Shown piece by piece: positions 1 to 9,984 of a stretch of 64,000 nucleotides of DNA (positions are counted from its first letter, which is position 1; every line of letters starts with the position of its first letter). Both the position numbers and the translations under genes were made by a program. The stretch comes from Flavobacteriales bacterium (GTDB taxonomy: Bacteria; Bacteroidota; Bacteroidia; NS11-12g; UBA955). The stretch covers positions 1,243 through 65,242 of the forward strand of contig CANHQZ010000008.1 of the NCBI GenBank assembly GCA_947463125.1, read 5' to 3'. Below the pieces are notes generated by a model. The model was not told the origin of the DNA, made no database searches, and was given only the letters and a program-made list of their open reading frames with translations.

Positions 1-557
1 GCTAAGGTCAGATTGAACACGTCGGGTTCGCTTCCAAATGCTTTACGAAAAGCTTCCCTGTATCTGGGAATGGCCGATAAGCGCTTCCGCAGATACGGCA
101 AGGTCATGGCCATTTCGTTGTGGGCCTGTATGGGCTCCAGCACAAGCTCACGCAAGGTTTTCTGGCGACCGTCCCAAAAGAACACCCTGCTGTACGCCAG
201 ATTGAACAACGGCTGGGCATTGCGGTTGGTGGTAAGACCGAAAATACCCTTTGAAAATTGTCTGGGTTCTGCAAAAGCATATTCCTGGGAGTGGCATGTG
301 GCACAGGAAATGGTGCTGTCTATTGACAATACAGGATCGTAGAACAGCATTCTGCCCAGGTAAACGCCCTCTTCCGTAAGGGGATTGTCGGCGGGCAAGG
401 CCGGCATACCGTATTTATCAGGAAATATGCTCTTGGGATTGATATAGGTAATGGAATGGGGTGTTTTCTCCTCAGGAAGCGACGGATCTTTGCGGCAGGC
501 GTTGAACAATACCGCTGCGGCAATAAGAATACATAGTCCAACAACACCCTTTTTCAT
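1..557 (-). CDS. Di-haem cytochrome c peroxidase family lipoprotein (MbnH/MauG-like), truncated by the window edge
   Basis: Not in the ORF track. Manual translation from ATG 557 gives MKKGVVGLCILIAAAVLFNACRKDP...DNPLTEEGVYLGRMLFYDPVLSIDSTISCATCHSQ...FFWDGR...EPIQAHNEMA, with a lipobox, CxxCH and the FWDGR motif. It lies directly downstream of the MbnP-like gene. Confidence 0.9.
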   Translation of the reverse strand, partial: MKKGVVGLCILIAAAVLFNACRKDPSLPEEKTPHSITYINPKSIFPDKYGMPALPADNPLTEEGVYLGRMLFYDPVLSIDSTISCATCHSQEYAFAEPRQFSKGIFGLTTNRNAQPLFNLAYSRVFFWDGRQKTLRELVLEPIQAHNEMAMTLPYLRKRLSAIPRYREAFRKAFGSEPDVFNLTL

Positions 558-558
558 A

Positions 559-1332
559 TCAATTCACGCTTTTTACTGAAAATGCATCAGCGGCGTTGCC
601 TATAAGCTTATTCATCAATGAGATATCTTGATTGCCCGTACTGTGAGAAACCGACTTATCCTTGAAGTGCAGTTCGGTGGGATTTTTGAAAAATTCATCT
701 GCTTTAAACTCTAAAACTGCGGTCTTGTGGGTTCCAGCCAGTTCGAAATTGTAAGGCATGAAAAACGTCTCATTGTACACATTTCCTGCGGTATGGAAGG
801 AGAAACCTTTGATTACCGTAGATGCGGCATTATCCTTGAATTCGCCGTCGAAGGCCTGAAACACATAACCTCCGGCCCAACCCCAGTGCAGGCCTGTCAG
901 GTTGCCGTTGAGCGGATGACTCGCCGGCCAGATGGTGGGATCACCGTGGTTTACGGCAGAATCCGGGCCCAGCTGAAACTGAATGCCCTTGTAGGTTCCC
1001 GCAGGGGCATCAGGATAGTTGAAAGACAAGCGGCCACTTGCCACATCTACCCACTGATAGCCATCGCCCAGCAACACAAGCGAGTTGTCATCTTTCACCA
1101 AAGCAAGTTTAGCGAGGATCATCCCCCAGGTGCGAAGCTGTAAAACCTCTCCGTCAGGCTTGTTATACTGCATTTTACCGGTTACCATGGTGGCACCTTC
1201 CCAGGTCGGCAACACCGTAAGGGTAAGTCCTTTTTGCACTTTGGGTTCCTCCTGTTTTGGCGGATCTTTTTTGCATGACTGCAAACCGAGTGCGAAGCCG
1301 AACAGAAGAAGCGTATACAGCGTGTTTTTCAT
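559..1332 (-). CDS. MbnP-family copper-binding lipoprotein
   Basis: Lipobox LQSC; HPLN..LHWGWAGGYVF (WxW motif) and FSFHTAG; adjacent to a CCP/MbnH gene. Start moved to ATG 1332 (MKNTLY). Confidence 0.85.
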   Translation of the reverse strand: MKNTLYTLLLFGFALGLQSCKKDPPKQEEPKVQKGLTLTVLPTWEGATMVTGKMQYNKPDGEVLQLRTWGMILAKLALVKDDNSLVLLGDGYQWVDVASGRLSFNYPDAPAGTYKGIQFQLGPDSAVNHGDPTIWPASHPLNGNLTGLHWGWAGGYVFQAFDGEFKDNAASTVIKGFSFHTAGNVYNETFFMPYNFELAGTHKTAVLEFKADEFFKNPTELHFKDKSVSHSTGNQDISLMNKLIGNAADAFSVKSVN

Positions 1333-1333
1333 C

Positions 1334-3280
1334 TTATAGTTTAACAAAAGTTAGTGTTGTTTGTTGGTTGTTTCCGGCGATTTTAGCCATATAAGTACCT
1401 GCCGCAAGACGGCTAATATCAAATATAGCATTTTTCCCGGGAATATGCAAGAAATCAGAACCGGTTTCCATGCACTTTTGACCGCCGATATTGAAAATTT
1501 CCAGTTTCTCAATCTTCATGTTCAGCGTCACCAGTTCCAGTTTTTCACCTCTAACAGGATTTCCCTTGATAACTACCCAGTCTTTGATAGTTCTGTCCTG
1601 ATTCATGCCGCCAAGCGAAGCTTTGGCAAGCACTTCCACCTCAGGATCAAACAGGGCGGTATCTGCGGCAAACGGGAGCAGGAAAGAAAAAGTTTGTTCC
1701 AGTTTTTCCGGGTAAAGCGTAATCAGGGTATCGCCATTTTTGCCCTGAAACAGGATGGGCAAAGGGATTTGGAAGAAGGGTACTGAAGGATGAGAGGGTC
1801 TTTGCTTAACAGTAACCTGCATGGAAGCCCCTTTTTGCAACCAGTTGATATTCAGATAAGGGAAACCCTCACCCATGTACCAGCGCAGGAAAAACGTATC
1901 CAGATTTTGTCCGGACTCCTGTTCCATGAGTTTTTTCAAATCCTGTGTAGTGGCGAAAGCATAGGCCCTGGGGGCGTCATTGAGGTATTTTCGGCAGGCC
2001 CTGTAAAAAGCCTGATCTCCCACTTTCGCGCGCAGCATGTGCAGCACAAAAGCCGCTTTGTTGTAGGTAAGGCGCCCGCTAAAAAGGCGGTTTACCTGAA
2101 CGGTATCTTTGGGAAACACACTGCCATCGTCAACGCCTGTCACTGCATCCCTGATTTCACGCATGATGCGCAGGTATTCGCTGCGGGGTTTCAGGTACTT
2201 GTAGCTGAGTGCTGTTAAATACGTAGCAAACCCTTCGTTCAGCCACAAATCGCGCCAGCTGCCACAGGTAACCTTATCACCAAACCACATGTGTGCAACC
2301 TCATGAGCCATTAGGTCGAAACTGAAATTGACCATAAAACTCATGGTTTGGTGCTCCATACCGCCACCCCAGGTAAACTGGGCATGTCCGTATTTTTCCT
2401 TCATAAAAGGATATTCGCCAAACAGGCTGTCAAACAGGCGCAGCATGGGCAAAATGGGCTCGGCATCGCGCATCAGTTCTGTTTTGCTTTGCGGAAAAAC
2501 ATAATTCTGCACCAGCAGCGAATCAGATCTATTGTGAAACTTAGCGTATTGATTGAACTCCTCGTAGTTGGTAATGGCAGTGGCAACGAGATATGTCGCA
2601 ATGGGATAGCGGTGTTTCCAGTGAAAAATCCGGGTGGTGTCATTGATTTTCCGGTCCTGCACCAGCATTCCGTTTCCGGCCACCTTGAAATCTGAATGGG
2701 TGCTTACAACCATATCCAGGGAATCTATTTTGTCGGACAAGGTTTGCTTGCACGGCCACCAGTAATAGGCACCATAAGGCTGACTGAGGGTGTGAACACT
2801 TGGACCGGTAGCATGAAAATCATATACATAATAACCCAAGCCGCCACCAAATACAGCCGGATTTCCCTGGTAGAAAACAGTTATTGAATCGGTTGTGCCG
2901 GCTTTCCAGCCGCCCGGTTTATACACGTACAAAATATCCGCATTGCGGGTAAAACGGGTATTTGTTCCATGATACTTTACGCTGTCGGTTTGCAGAAAGA
3001 ACTTCATATCAAATCCAATGCTGTCTGCGTCTTTTTCTATGGTAAAATAACTAAATACAGAACCTTTGATATACCCGTTTCGCTTGGGATTGACACGAAA
3101 ACTGAGTCGGTGGTAATGAATATTATATCCGTGGTAAATATTGGGATTAACACGAAAACTCAGCCGATTTTGGAGGCGCTGTTTTTCGGCACACAGCAAG
3201 GCATCCGGCACAATACCCTGTGCAGATACACAGGCAATACCTGATAACAAAATCAATATGCTGCAAACCAAACGATGCAT
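1334..3280 (-). CDS. M1 family zinc aminopeptidase with T9SS C-terminal sorting domain
   Basis: GGMEH, HEVAH...WLNEGFATY and YNKAAFVLHMLR motifs; signal peptide; C-terminal LAAGTYMAKI...TFVKL. Confidence 0.92.
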   Translation of the reverse strand: MHRLVCSILILLSGIACVSAQGIVPDALLCAEKQRLQNRLSFRVNPNIYHGYNIHYHRLSFRVNPKRNGYIKGSVFSYFTIEKDADSIGFDMKFFLQTDSVKYHGTNTRFTRNADILYVYKPGGWKAGTTDSITVFYQGNPAVFGGGLGYYVYDFHATGPSVHTLSQPYGAYYWWPCKQTLSDKIDSLDMVVSTHSDFKVAGNGMLVQDRKINDTTRIFHWKHRYPIATYLVATAITNYEEFNQYAKFHNRSDSLLVQNYVFPQSKTELMRDAEPILPMLRLFDSLFGEYPFMKEKYGHAQFTWGGGMEHQTMSFMVNFSFDLMAHEVAHMWFGDKVTCGSWRDLWLNEGFATYLTALSYKYLKPRSEYLRIMREIRDAVTGVDDGSVFPKDTVQVNRLFSGRLTYNKAAFVLHMLRAKVGDQAFYRACRKYLNDAPRAYAFATTQDLKKLMEQESGQNLDTFFLRWYMGEGFPYLNINWLQKGASMQVTVKQRPSHPSVPFFQIPLPILFQGKNGDTLITLYPEKLEQTFSFLLPFAADTALFDPEVEVLAKASLGGMNQDRTIKDWVVIKGNPVRGEKLELVTLNMKIEKLEIFNIGGQKCMETGSDFLHIPGKNAIFDISRLAAGTYMAKIAGNNQQTTLTFVKL

Positions 3281-3383
3281 TACAATGCAGACAGCAAATT
3301 TCGGGATAAAAAGCTCAGGTATTTGTCAGATTTTATTTTATTCGCCGGGAAAGATAATCTGGAGTGTACGTTACTTTTGCAAG

Positions 3384-4316
3384 GTGAAGAAATCCTGGTG
3401 GCCTGTTTTTATCATTTTCCTGCTTGGCGGAATCTGGGGAAGTTCGTTTATACTTATTAAAAGAGGTCTTGAGGTTTTTCAGCCGATACAGGTAGCCGGT
3501 TTGCGGCAATTTCTGGCAGGTGTGGTTTTGCTCCCGTGGATATTTCAATACAGCCTGGGCACTTCGCGAAAAGATGCTGAACCGGACGCTGCCACCAGGC
3601 TCACATCGGGCGATTATTATTTTTTGTTTATGTCAGGCCTCATCGGTAATGGTATTCCGGCTTTTCTGTTCAGCTACGCCGGAACCCTCATACCCAGCGG
3701 CCTCAGCGGCATTATGAATGCATTTACGCCCATGTTTACCCTCCTGCTGGGCGTAGCTTTTTTCAAAGACAAATTCACCGGCAACGGCCTGATTGGGGTT
3801 ATTCTGGGCATTCTGGGTGCCGTTATATTGCTGGCACCGGGATTCATCTTCCACAGCGGGGCGCAAATAAACGGCCTTGGTGTTATTATGGTTACCTGTG
3901 CCGCCATGATGTACGGATACAACATCAATCTTATCAAACATAAACTGAGTCACCTGCCCGCGATGGTTAAAACAGCCTATCCCTTTTTCTTTATGGGCAG
4001 CCTGTATTTGCTGGTACTGATGATGACCGGCATTATGAACCACTGGAATACGGCACCCGAAAAAGCATGGACAGCGCTGGGCTATCTTACCATACTGGGC
4101 GTGGTGGGCAGCGCGCTGAGTATGATTGCATTTAACATTCTCATCAAACACACCACTGCGCTGGTTGCCAGCACTAACACCTTTATTATTCCTGTGGTGG
4201 CTGTGGCCTGGGGTATTGTAGAAAACGAACCCATTACCTGGAATATGATAGTGGGATTGCTGTTTTCTCTTGCGGGTATTTACCTGATTATCAATAAACC
4301 TGCCGCAAAGGCATAA
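3384..4316 (+). CDS. EamA/DMT family transporter
   Basis: IWGSSFILIK motif, about 10 hydrophobic helices, two EamA repeats. Start moved to GTG 3384, just after a TACTTTTG box. Confidence 0.9.
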   Translation: MKKSWWPVFIIFLLGGIWGSSFILIKRGLEVFQPIQVAGLRQFLAGVVLLPWIFQYSLGTSRKDAEPDAATRLTSGDYYFLFMSGLIGNGIPAFLFSYAGTLIPSGLSGIMNAFTPMFTLLLGVAFFKDKFTGNGLIGVILGILGAVILLAPGFIFHSGAQINGLGVIMVTCAAMMYGYNINLIKHKLSHLPAMVKTAYPFFFMGSLYLLVLMMTGIMNHWNTAPEKAWTALGYLTILGVVGSALSMIAFNILIKHTTALVASTNTFIIPVVAVAWGIVENEPITWNMIVGLLFSLAGIYLIINKPAAKA

Positions 4317-4317
4317 A

Positions 4318-4341
4318 AAAAGCCCGGATGACCGGGCTTTT
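4318..4341. terminator. Bidirectional intrinsic terminator between the convergent EamA and hup genes
   Basis: AAAAGCCCGG-ATGA-CCGGGCTTTT, a perfect hairpin with A/T tails on both sides. Confidence 0.85.
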
Positions 4342-4359
4342 AATGTCTTCAAGTAAGAA

Positions 4360-4635
4360 TTACTTGTTTACGGTAGTAGCCAGGGTGGCGCCAGCCTTAA
4401 ACTTAGCAACTTTCTTAGCTTTGATCTGGATGCTCTTACCAGTCTGGGGGTTGCGACCGGTGCGGGCAGCACGCTTGCCTACTGAGAAGGTACCGAAACC
4501 TACGAGGGTTACGCTGTCACCTTTTTTCAGAGATTTGCTGATGGCGTCGATAGCGGCGTCAAGAGCTTTGCCTGAGTCAGCCTTGGTCAGTTTTGAACCG
4601 GCTGCGATTGCGTCGATGAGTTCTGATTTGTTCAT
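4360..4635 (-). CDS. hup: DNA-binding protein HU
   Basis: [11 protein letters not shown]...LVGFGTFSV...GRNPQTG signature; 91 aa. Confidence 0.98.
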   Translation of the reverse strand: MNKSELIDAIAAGSKLTKADSGKALDAAIDAISKSLKKGDSVTLVGFGTFSVGKRAARTGRNPQTGKSIQIKAKKVAKFKAGATLATTVNK

Positions 4636-4822
4636 GATATTTTGTTAATTAAAGGTTGTGCCGCTAAATAAGACATGAATAACCCATCACAGCAAGTGTT
4701 TTGATCATTTTGCATATAGATGTAATCCACATTTTATCCGCATTTCAGGATTTTAACCCCCTTGAAACCCTTTATCATGGCTGTTTTTTGCTTAAAATCA
4801 TGGCTGAATTGCCTATAAACAC

Positions 4823-4830
4823 TAACTTTG
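4823..4830 (+). promoter_or_regulatory. Bacteroidota housekeeping promoter -7 box (TAACTTTG)
   Basis: Exact match to TAnnTTTG, 7 nt before the ALDH start codon. The same motif precedes many genes in the window. Confidence 0.75.
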
Positions 4831-4837
4831 CATTATA

Positions 4838-6373
4838 ATGGACATCAAACCCGTACTGAAATCGCTGGGTATAGGCCCGCAACTGGAAAGCGCCTCTACA
4901 GGCACACAATGGCTAACAGCGCTGGGCACCGGAACCCGCGACATCATCAGCCCCGTGGATGGAAATAAAATCACCACGCTGGTCTATGCAGGCGAAACCG
5001 AATACGAAGCAGTGATGAAGCGCGCCGAGACAGCATTTCCGGTTTGGCGTGCCATGCCGGCTCCCGCCCGCGGCGAAATTGTGAGGCAAATAGGAGAAGC
5101 GTTTCGTGAGAATAAGAAAAATCTGGGCGCCCTGGTGAGTTATGAAATGGGAAAAAGCCTGCAGGAAGGCCTGGGTGAGGTACAGGAGATAATAGATATC
5201 TGCGACTTTGCCGTGGGATTGAGCCGTCAGCTGTACGGATTGACCATGCAAAGCGAAAGACCTGGCCACCGCATGTTTGAACAGTGGCATCCGCTGGGCG
5301 TGGTAGGAATTATATCCGCGTTCAACTTTCCGGTAGCCGTATGGAGCTGGAATGCCATGCTGGCTGCTGTATGTGGTAACGTATGCATTTGGAAACCCAG
5401 TGAGAAAACACCTGCTTCCGCAGCAGCCGTGCAGCATATCATACGTAAAGTTCTCATGGCCAACCAGTTGCCCGAAGGGATTTTCTGTATTGTACAGGGC
5501 GACAAGGAAATTGGGGAAACCATGGCAGCAGACAGGCGCGTGGCACTGGTAAGCGCTACAGGCAGCACACGCATGGGCAAGCGCGTAGCTGAAGTGGTGG
5601 GAGCCCGCCTGGGCAAAACCCTGTTGGAACTGGGCGGAAACAATGCCATCATCGTGAGTGAAAAAGCGAATCAGGATCTGGCTCTGCGTGCAGTATTGTT
5701 TGGTGCAGTAGGCACGGCCGGACAGCGCTGCACAACCACACGCCGGGTTATTATACACAGCTCCATCTACAAAAACTTCGTTGATAAACTGAAAAAAGCC
5801 TATGCACAGGTTACCATTGGCAGCCCCTTGCTGGAAACCAACCTAATGGGGCCACTCATTGACGAGCATGCCGTAAAAGCCTATACCAGTGCACTTACCC
5901 AGCTGGAAAGCGAAGGTGGTAAAATATTGTATGGAGGTAAGATACTCAATGGTTCCGAGCATGCAAGCGGTTGCTATGTGCAGCCCACACTGGCCGAAGC
6001 CCAAAACCATTACCGCATTGTGCAGGAAGAAACGTTTGCGCCCATACTATATGTAATGTCATATGAGACCCTGGAACAGGCCATCACCATGCAAAACGAC
6101 GTGAAGCAGGGATTGAGCAGCGCCATATTCACAGAAAGCCTTTCTGAAGCGGAAATGTTCCTTTCGGCGGCAGGCAGCGATTGCGGCATTGCCAATGTAA
6201 ACATTGGAACCAGCGGAGCAGAAATTGGCGGAGCTTTTGGCGGTGAGAAAGAAACCGGCGGCGGACGAGAGAGCGGCAGCGATTCCTGGAAAAGCTACAT
6301 GCGCAGACAAACCAATACTGTAAATTACAGCGGAAAAATGCCGCTGGCGCAGGGTATTAAGTTTGATATCTGA
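4838..6373 (+). CDS. Aldehyde dehydrogenase, family 7 (L-piperideine-6-carboxylate / aminoadipate semialdehyde dehydrogenase-like)
   Basis: SAFNFPVAVW, LELGGNNA, GTAGQRCT, EETFAP and GAEIGGAFGGEKETGGGRESGSD motifs typical of ALDH7. Confidence 0.92.
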   Translation: MDIKPVLKSLGIGPQLESASTGTQWLTALGTGTRDIISPVDGNKITTLVYAGETEYEAVMKRAETAFPVWRAMPAPARGEIVRQIGEAFRENKKNLGALVSYEMGKSLQEGLGEVQEIIDICDFAVGLSRQLYGLTMQSERPGHRMFEQWHPLGVVGIISAFNFPVAVWSWNAMLAAVCGNVCIWKPSEKTPASAAAVQHIIRKVLMANQLPEGIFCIVQGDKEIGETMAADRRVALVSATGSTRMGKRVAEVVGARLGKTLLELGGNNAIIVSEKANQDLALRAVLFGAVGTAGQRCTTTRRVIIHSSIYKNFVDKLKKAYAQVTIGSPLLETNLMGPLIDEHAVKAYTSALTQLESEGGKILYGGKILNGSEHASGCYVQPTLAEAQNHYRIVQEETFAPILYVMSYETLEQAITMQNDVKQGLSSAIFTESLSEAEMFLSAAGSDCGIANVNIGTSGAEIGGAFGGEKETGGGRESGSDSWKSYMRRQTNTVNYSGKMPLAQGIKFDI

Positions 6374-6637
6374 TCGTTTATTGGTTTAATGGTTTATTTG
6401 AAAGAGTCGGCTGTATTCGAGAAGCACGGCGCAAAATAGCAAGACCAATACAACTTCTTCATTTGTTCATTCCTTCATTAAAAACTGTCAACTTTTTCAA
6501 GGGATGGGACAGACTATTAAACGATTAAACGAATAAACCATTAACGCCAGTCAAATACTGACATGGAGTTACGCAGAGTGACACAGAGTTGCGCAGAGGG
6601 TAAAACTGCACTATTAAACCAATAAACGATTAAACGA
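6374..6637. repeat. Intergenic array of 8-bp (WTAAACSA) direct and inverted repeats plus four 10-bp (ACRCAGAG-like) repeats
   Basis: tcgtttat-tggtttaa-tggtttat at 6374-6397; ttaaacga-ttaaacga-ataaacca at 6517-6540; ttaaacca-ataaacga-ttaaacga at 6614-6637; acatggagtt-acgcagagtg-acacagagtt-gcgcagaggg at 6561-6600. Confidence 0.8.
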
Positions 6638-6648
6638 AGAACCCACCA

Positions 6649-9222
6649 TCAGAACTGCTGCCCGATAAAGAAGTGCACCTGTCCGGGTTTTCCGCTCCGC
6701 GGTACCTGCCGGTAGTCAAATCCGTAGGCAAAGTCAAGACCAATCAAACCAAACATGGGCATAAACAAACGCATACCCACACCGGCAGCTCTTTTAAGCT
6801 GAAAAGGATTGTACTGACGTACACTGTTCCAGGCATCGCCGGCCTCCAAAAACGCAAGAGCATAAACAGTGGCCGTTTGTCCTGTGGTGATGGCATAGCG
6901 CAGCTCTGTTGTGAATTTATTAAAGATCGGCGCCCCTGCTTCACTGCCGGTGGCTGTGGCGGATATAGAAAAATTATCATAACCACGCTGTGAAATAATT
7001 TCAGCAGCTGCGATGTTGAAACCAAAGATACCGGCGCCACCCAGTTGAAAACGCTCGAAAAAAGTAGTTCCCATGGCGCGGTTGTAATACCCCAAAAATC
7101 CGAACCTGGCCCTGTTCATCAACACCAGTTTCTTGGTGATGGGAGTATACCACTCCATATCCGCCTTCCACTTATAAAATTCAGCCCATTTATATTTCTC
7201 CTGCTGGGTCAACTGCGAAACATCCCTGTTACGCAAAAGTGAAAAAGGCGGTGTACCTTGTGCGCTCAGCGTAAGAGTGCTTCCATTGGTTGGAAAAATG
7301 GGATCTGATACCGAACTGCGGGTAAGAATAATCTGCAGTGAGGGGTTGTAACTGGTGCCGTTGAAACCACCGGGGAATCCATAAAAACCACCGGTCATAT
7401 TCTGCATCTTATACTCCTGAAAGCTGAAAATGTACTGCAAGTTGAAGAAGTCATCCGGCCACTTCAAACGCTTGCCCAACATCACGCTCATACCTGTGTT
7501 CATGAAATACTGACGTTTAGGATCATTGCGCTGCCTAAAATCGAAGGCATTAATATTTCTGAAAAGATTAACAGAAAATGAATTCGGCTTTCGTCCACCA
7601 AACCAGGGTTCCGTGAAACTGAAATTATATGCCTGAAAATTAGATCCGTTACTTTGTGCGCGTACAGAAAGCTTCTGACCATCACCTGTAGGCACAGGAT
7701 TCCAATTTTTTGGGTGCATTATTTGCCTTGTACTGAAGTTATTGAGAGAAATACCGGCAGTACCTATGAGTGTTGCCCTGCGCGTGAAAGCATTTCCACC
7801 CCAGCCACCCGATAATTCAATCTGATCAGATGGTTTTTCAACCAGCTTATAATCAATATCCACCGTGCCATCCGCAGGGTTGGGCTTGGGGTTCACATTC
7901 AACTGCTGGGGATCAAACAAGCCGATAGCGGCCAAATCGCGCATTGTTCGCTGTATCTCAGCCCGGGAAAAAATATCTCCCGGTTTGGTTCTGATTTCCC
8001 TGAGTATAACCTTGTCCGTGGTTTTGGTATTTCCGGTCCATGAAATTCTTCCTACCTTGGCCTGTGTTCCCTCATTGATGCGGATTTCAATATCAATGGA
8101 ATCATTGGAAACACCTGTTTCTACCGGTGTCATCTGAAAAAACAGATAACCATCATCCATGTAAAGACTCTGAATATCCAGAACACCTGTTGTGTTTACG
8201 GTTCCAAGCCGCTCATCCAGCAGCGTCTGATTGAAGACATCCCCTCTTTTAATACCCAGAACAGTATCGAGAAAACCTGTGCGGTATTTGGCATTGCCTT
8301 TCCAAACAATATTGCGGAAATGGTATTTACTGCCTTCGAACAAATCTACATGAACAACAACCCGCTTCGGATTGATAAGTTCTACACTGTCCCTTACGAT
8401 TCTCGCATCCCTGAAACCTTTGGACAGATATCGGGTAATAATATTCAGTTTTTCTTCCTCAAACTTGCTCTCAATGTATTTGGAAGAAGCAAAAATATTG
8501 ATCTTATGGTATCTGCGTTTCAGCTTTTTTATCGACTGGCGCAGCTGTTTATCGGTGAGTTGTTCATTTCCGTGAAAGGCAAAATCATACACCTTCACTT
8601 TTGGACCCTTGTCCACGATGATATCAAAATTTTCAAAGCCGGGCATCGCTTTACCGGTCTTTTCATCAAAGGCAGGAAGGCGGTTAAACTTCACGGTGGC
8701 GTTGTAGTATCCTTTATCGCGGTAATACAGAATAATTTTAGCCCTGGTTTTGTTGATGAGGTTCGGGGTAATATACATGCCCCTTTTCAGTCCGGCTTCC
8801 TCTTTCAGGTTTTTCGCCTGTGAATTGCTCAGGCCGGGAAAACGGTGACCATTGATACGTAGCTGCTCCCTGACCACAAAGTTCAGCACGGCATTCTTCA
8901 CCCCATTGTTGTCGGTGATGCGCGTGTAAACCTGTATATCACTATAATAACTGAGCTTCCAGAGATTATCGATGGCGTTGGGAATATCGTTTCCTGGAAT
9001 TTTTATTTTTTGTCCTATACTCAGCCCTGAATACACCACCACCAGTGACTTCTGTATGGGTTTATTTTCGGCTTCTTCCACCAGTATGTTTTTAATCACA
9101 AACTCTTGCGGCTCGGTGAAGTTATAGGCGTACCATTTGTAGAAACGGGAAGTGTCGGTACTTTGGGCGCACAGGCCACCAAAAACCATAAAGGCTAAAA
9201 GAATTAACCAAAACTTTCTCAT
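6649..9222 (-). CDS. bamA: Outer membrane protein assembly factor BamA
   Basis: POTRA repeats (GNTKTTDKVILREIRTKPGDIFSR), Omp85 barrel (FTEPWFGG, QRGY, GVGMRLFMPMFGLIGLDFAYG), C-terminal Phe; downstream of uppS. Confidence 0.95.
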   Translation of the reverse strand: MRKFWLILLAFMVFGGLCAQSTDTSRFYKWYAYNFTEPQEFVIKNILVEEAENKPIQKSLVVVYSGLSIGQKIKIPGNDIPNAIDNLWKLSYYSDIQVYTRITDNNGVKNAVLNFVVREQLRINGHRFPGLSNSQAKNLKEEAGLKRGMYITPNLINKTRAKIILYYRDKGYYNATVKFNRLPAFDEKTGKAMPGFENFDIIVDKGPKVKVYDFAFHGNEQLTDKQLRQSIKKLKRRYHKINIFASSKYIESKFEEEKLNIITRYLSKGFRDARIVRDSVELINPKRVVVHVDLFEGSKYHFRNIVWKGNAKYRTGFLDTVLGIKRGDVFNQTLLDERLGTVNTTGVLDIQSLYMDDGYLFFQMTPVETGVSNDSIDIEIRINEGTQAKVGRISWTGNTKTTDKVILREIRTKPGDIFSRAEIQRTMRDLAAIGLFDPQQLNVNPKPNPADGTVDIDYKLVEKPSDQIELSGGWGGNAFTRRATLIGTAGISLNNFSTRQIMHPKNWNPVPTGDGQKLSVRAQSNGSNFQAYNFSFTEPWFGGRKPNSFSVNLFRNINAFDFRQRNDPKRQYFMNTGMSVMLGKRLKWPDDFFNLQYIFSFQEYKMQNMTGGFYGFPGGFNGTSYNPSLQIILTRSSVSDPIFPTNGSTLTLSAQGTPPFSLLRNRDVSQLTQQEKYKWAEFYKWKADMEWYTPITKKLVLMNRARFGFLGYYNRAMGTTFFERFQLGGAGIFGFNIAAAEIISQRGYDNFSISATATGSEAGAPIFNKFTTELRYAITTGQTATVYALAFLEAGDAWNSVRQYNPFQLKRAAGVGMRLFMPMFGLIGLDFAYGFDYRQVPRSGKPGQVHFFIGQQF

Positions 9223-9977
9223 ACCACTTGCTTTATTTGATCGCCGGTTTTTCCAAAGCGCCTTTCCCTGCCCTGATAGTCAAGGATGGCCTTGTAAAAA
9301 TCTTCGGTAGAAAAATCGGGCCACAATACTCCGGTGAAATGGATTTCGCTGTAGGCTATTTCCCAGAGCAAAAAGTTGCTAATACGCTGTTCTCCACTGG
9401 TTCTGATGAGTAAATCCGGATTTGGATATCTTGCAGTATTCAGGGCAGCATTCAAATCAGCCTCTCCAATGGATTCAGGATCCAGCAGTCCGCTCTTTAC
9501 GTCAGAGGCAATTTTACGCACGGCTTCAATAATATCCCAGCGGCCGCTGTAACTTAAAGCCAAAATCAGGGTCATGCGTGTATTGCCTTTTGTAGCTTCA
9601 ACGGTTTCGCTAAGGGTTTTGTTACAGCCCTTAGGCAACTGTTCCACATTTCCTATGGTTTCCAGGCGAATGCCGTTTTGCATCAGCCGGGGCGTCTCTT
9701 TCCTGATGCTGTCTACCAGCAATTCCATGAGTGCGTTTACTTCTGTCTTGGGCCGGTTCCAGTTTTCTGTAGAAAAGGCATACAGGGTGAGGTACTTAAC
9801 GCCTAATTCGGCAGCGGTTTCCACTACATTTCTCACCGTATCCACGCCCTGCCTGTGACCAAAAATCCTCAGAAAGCCTTGCTTCTTTGCCCAGCGGCCG
9901 TTGCCATCCATGATGATAGCCACATGCTCCGGAATCCGGTTCGGATCAATCTGATTCAAAAGCTCTTTTTCTGCCAC
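9219..9977 (-). CDS. uppS: Undecaprenyl diphosphate synthase (isoprenyl transferase)
   Basis: HVAIIMDGNGRWA, YAFSTENWNRP and LIRTSGEQRISNFLLW motifs. Confidence 0.97.
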   Translation of the reverse strand: MAEKELLNQIDPNRIPEHVAIIMDGNGRWAKKQGFLRIFGHRQGVDTVRNVVETAAELGVKYLTLYAFSTENWNRPKTEVNALMELLVDSIRKETPRLMQNGIRLETIGNVEQLPKGCNKTLSETVEATKGNTRMTLILALSYSGRWDIIEAVRKIASDVKSGLLDPESIGEADLNAALNTARYPNPDLLIRTSGEQRISNFLLWEIAYSEIHFTGVLWPDFSTEDFYKAILDYQGRERRFGKTGDQIKQVV

Positions 9978-9984
9978 GCTGAAA

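Noticed and set aside
13-547. Short ORF-track calls 13..342 (+), 104..304 (-) and 320..547 (-)
   Set aside because: They are shadows of the real CCP/MbnH-like gene (ATG 557, minus strand), which the track missed because it runs off the window edge.
1-1332. Methanobactin biosynthetic cluster
   Set aside because: No mbnA, mbnB or mbnC is visible in the window; MbnPH pairs commonly occur without them.
6374-6637. Possible CRISPR array
   Set aside because: The units are only 8-10 bp, tandem with no unique spacers, and no cas genes are present.
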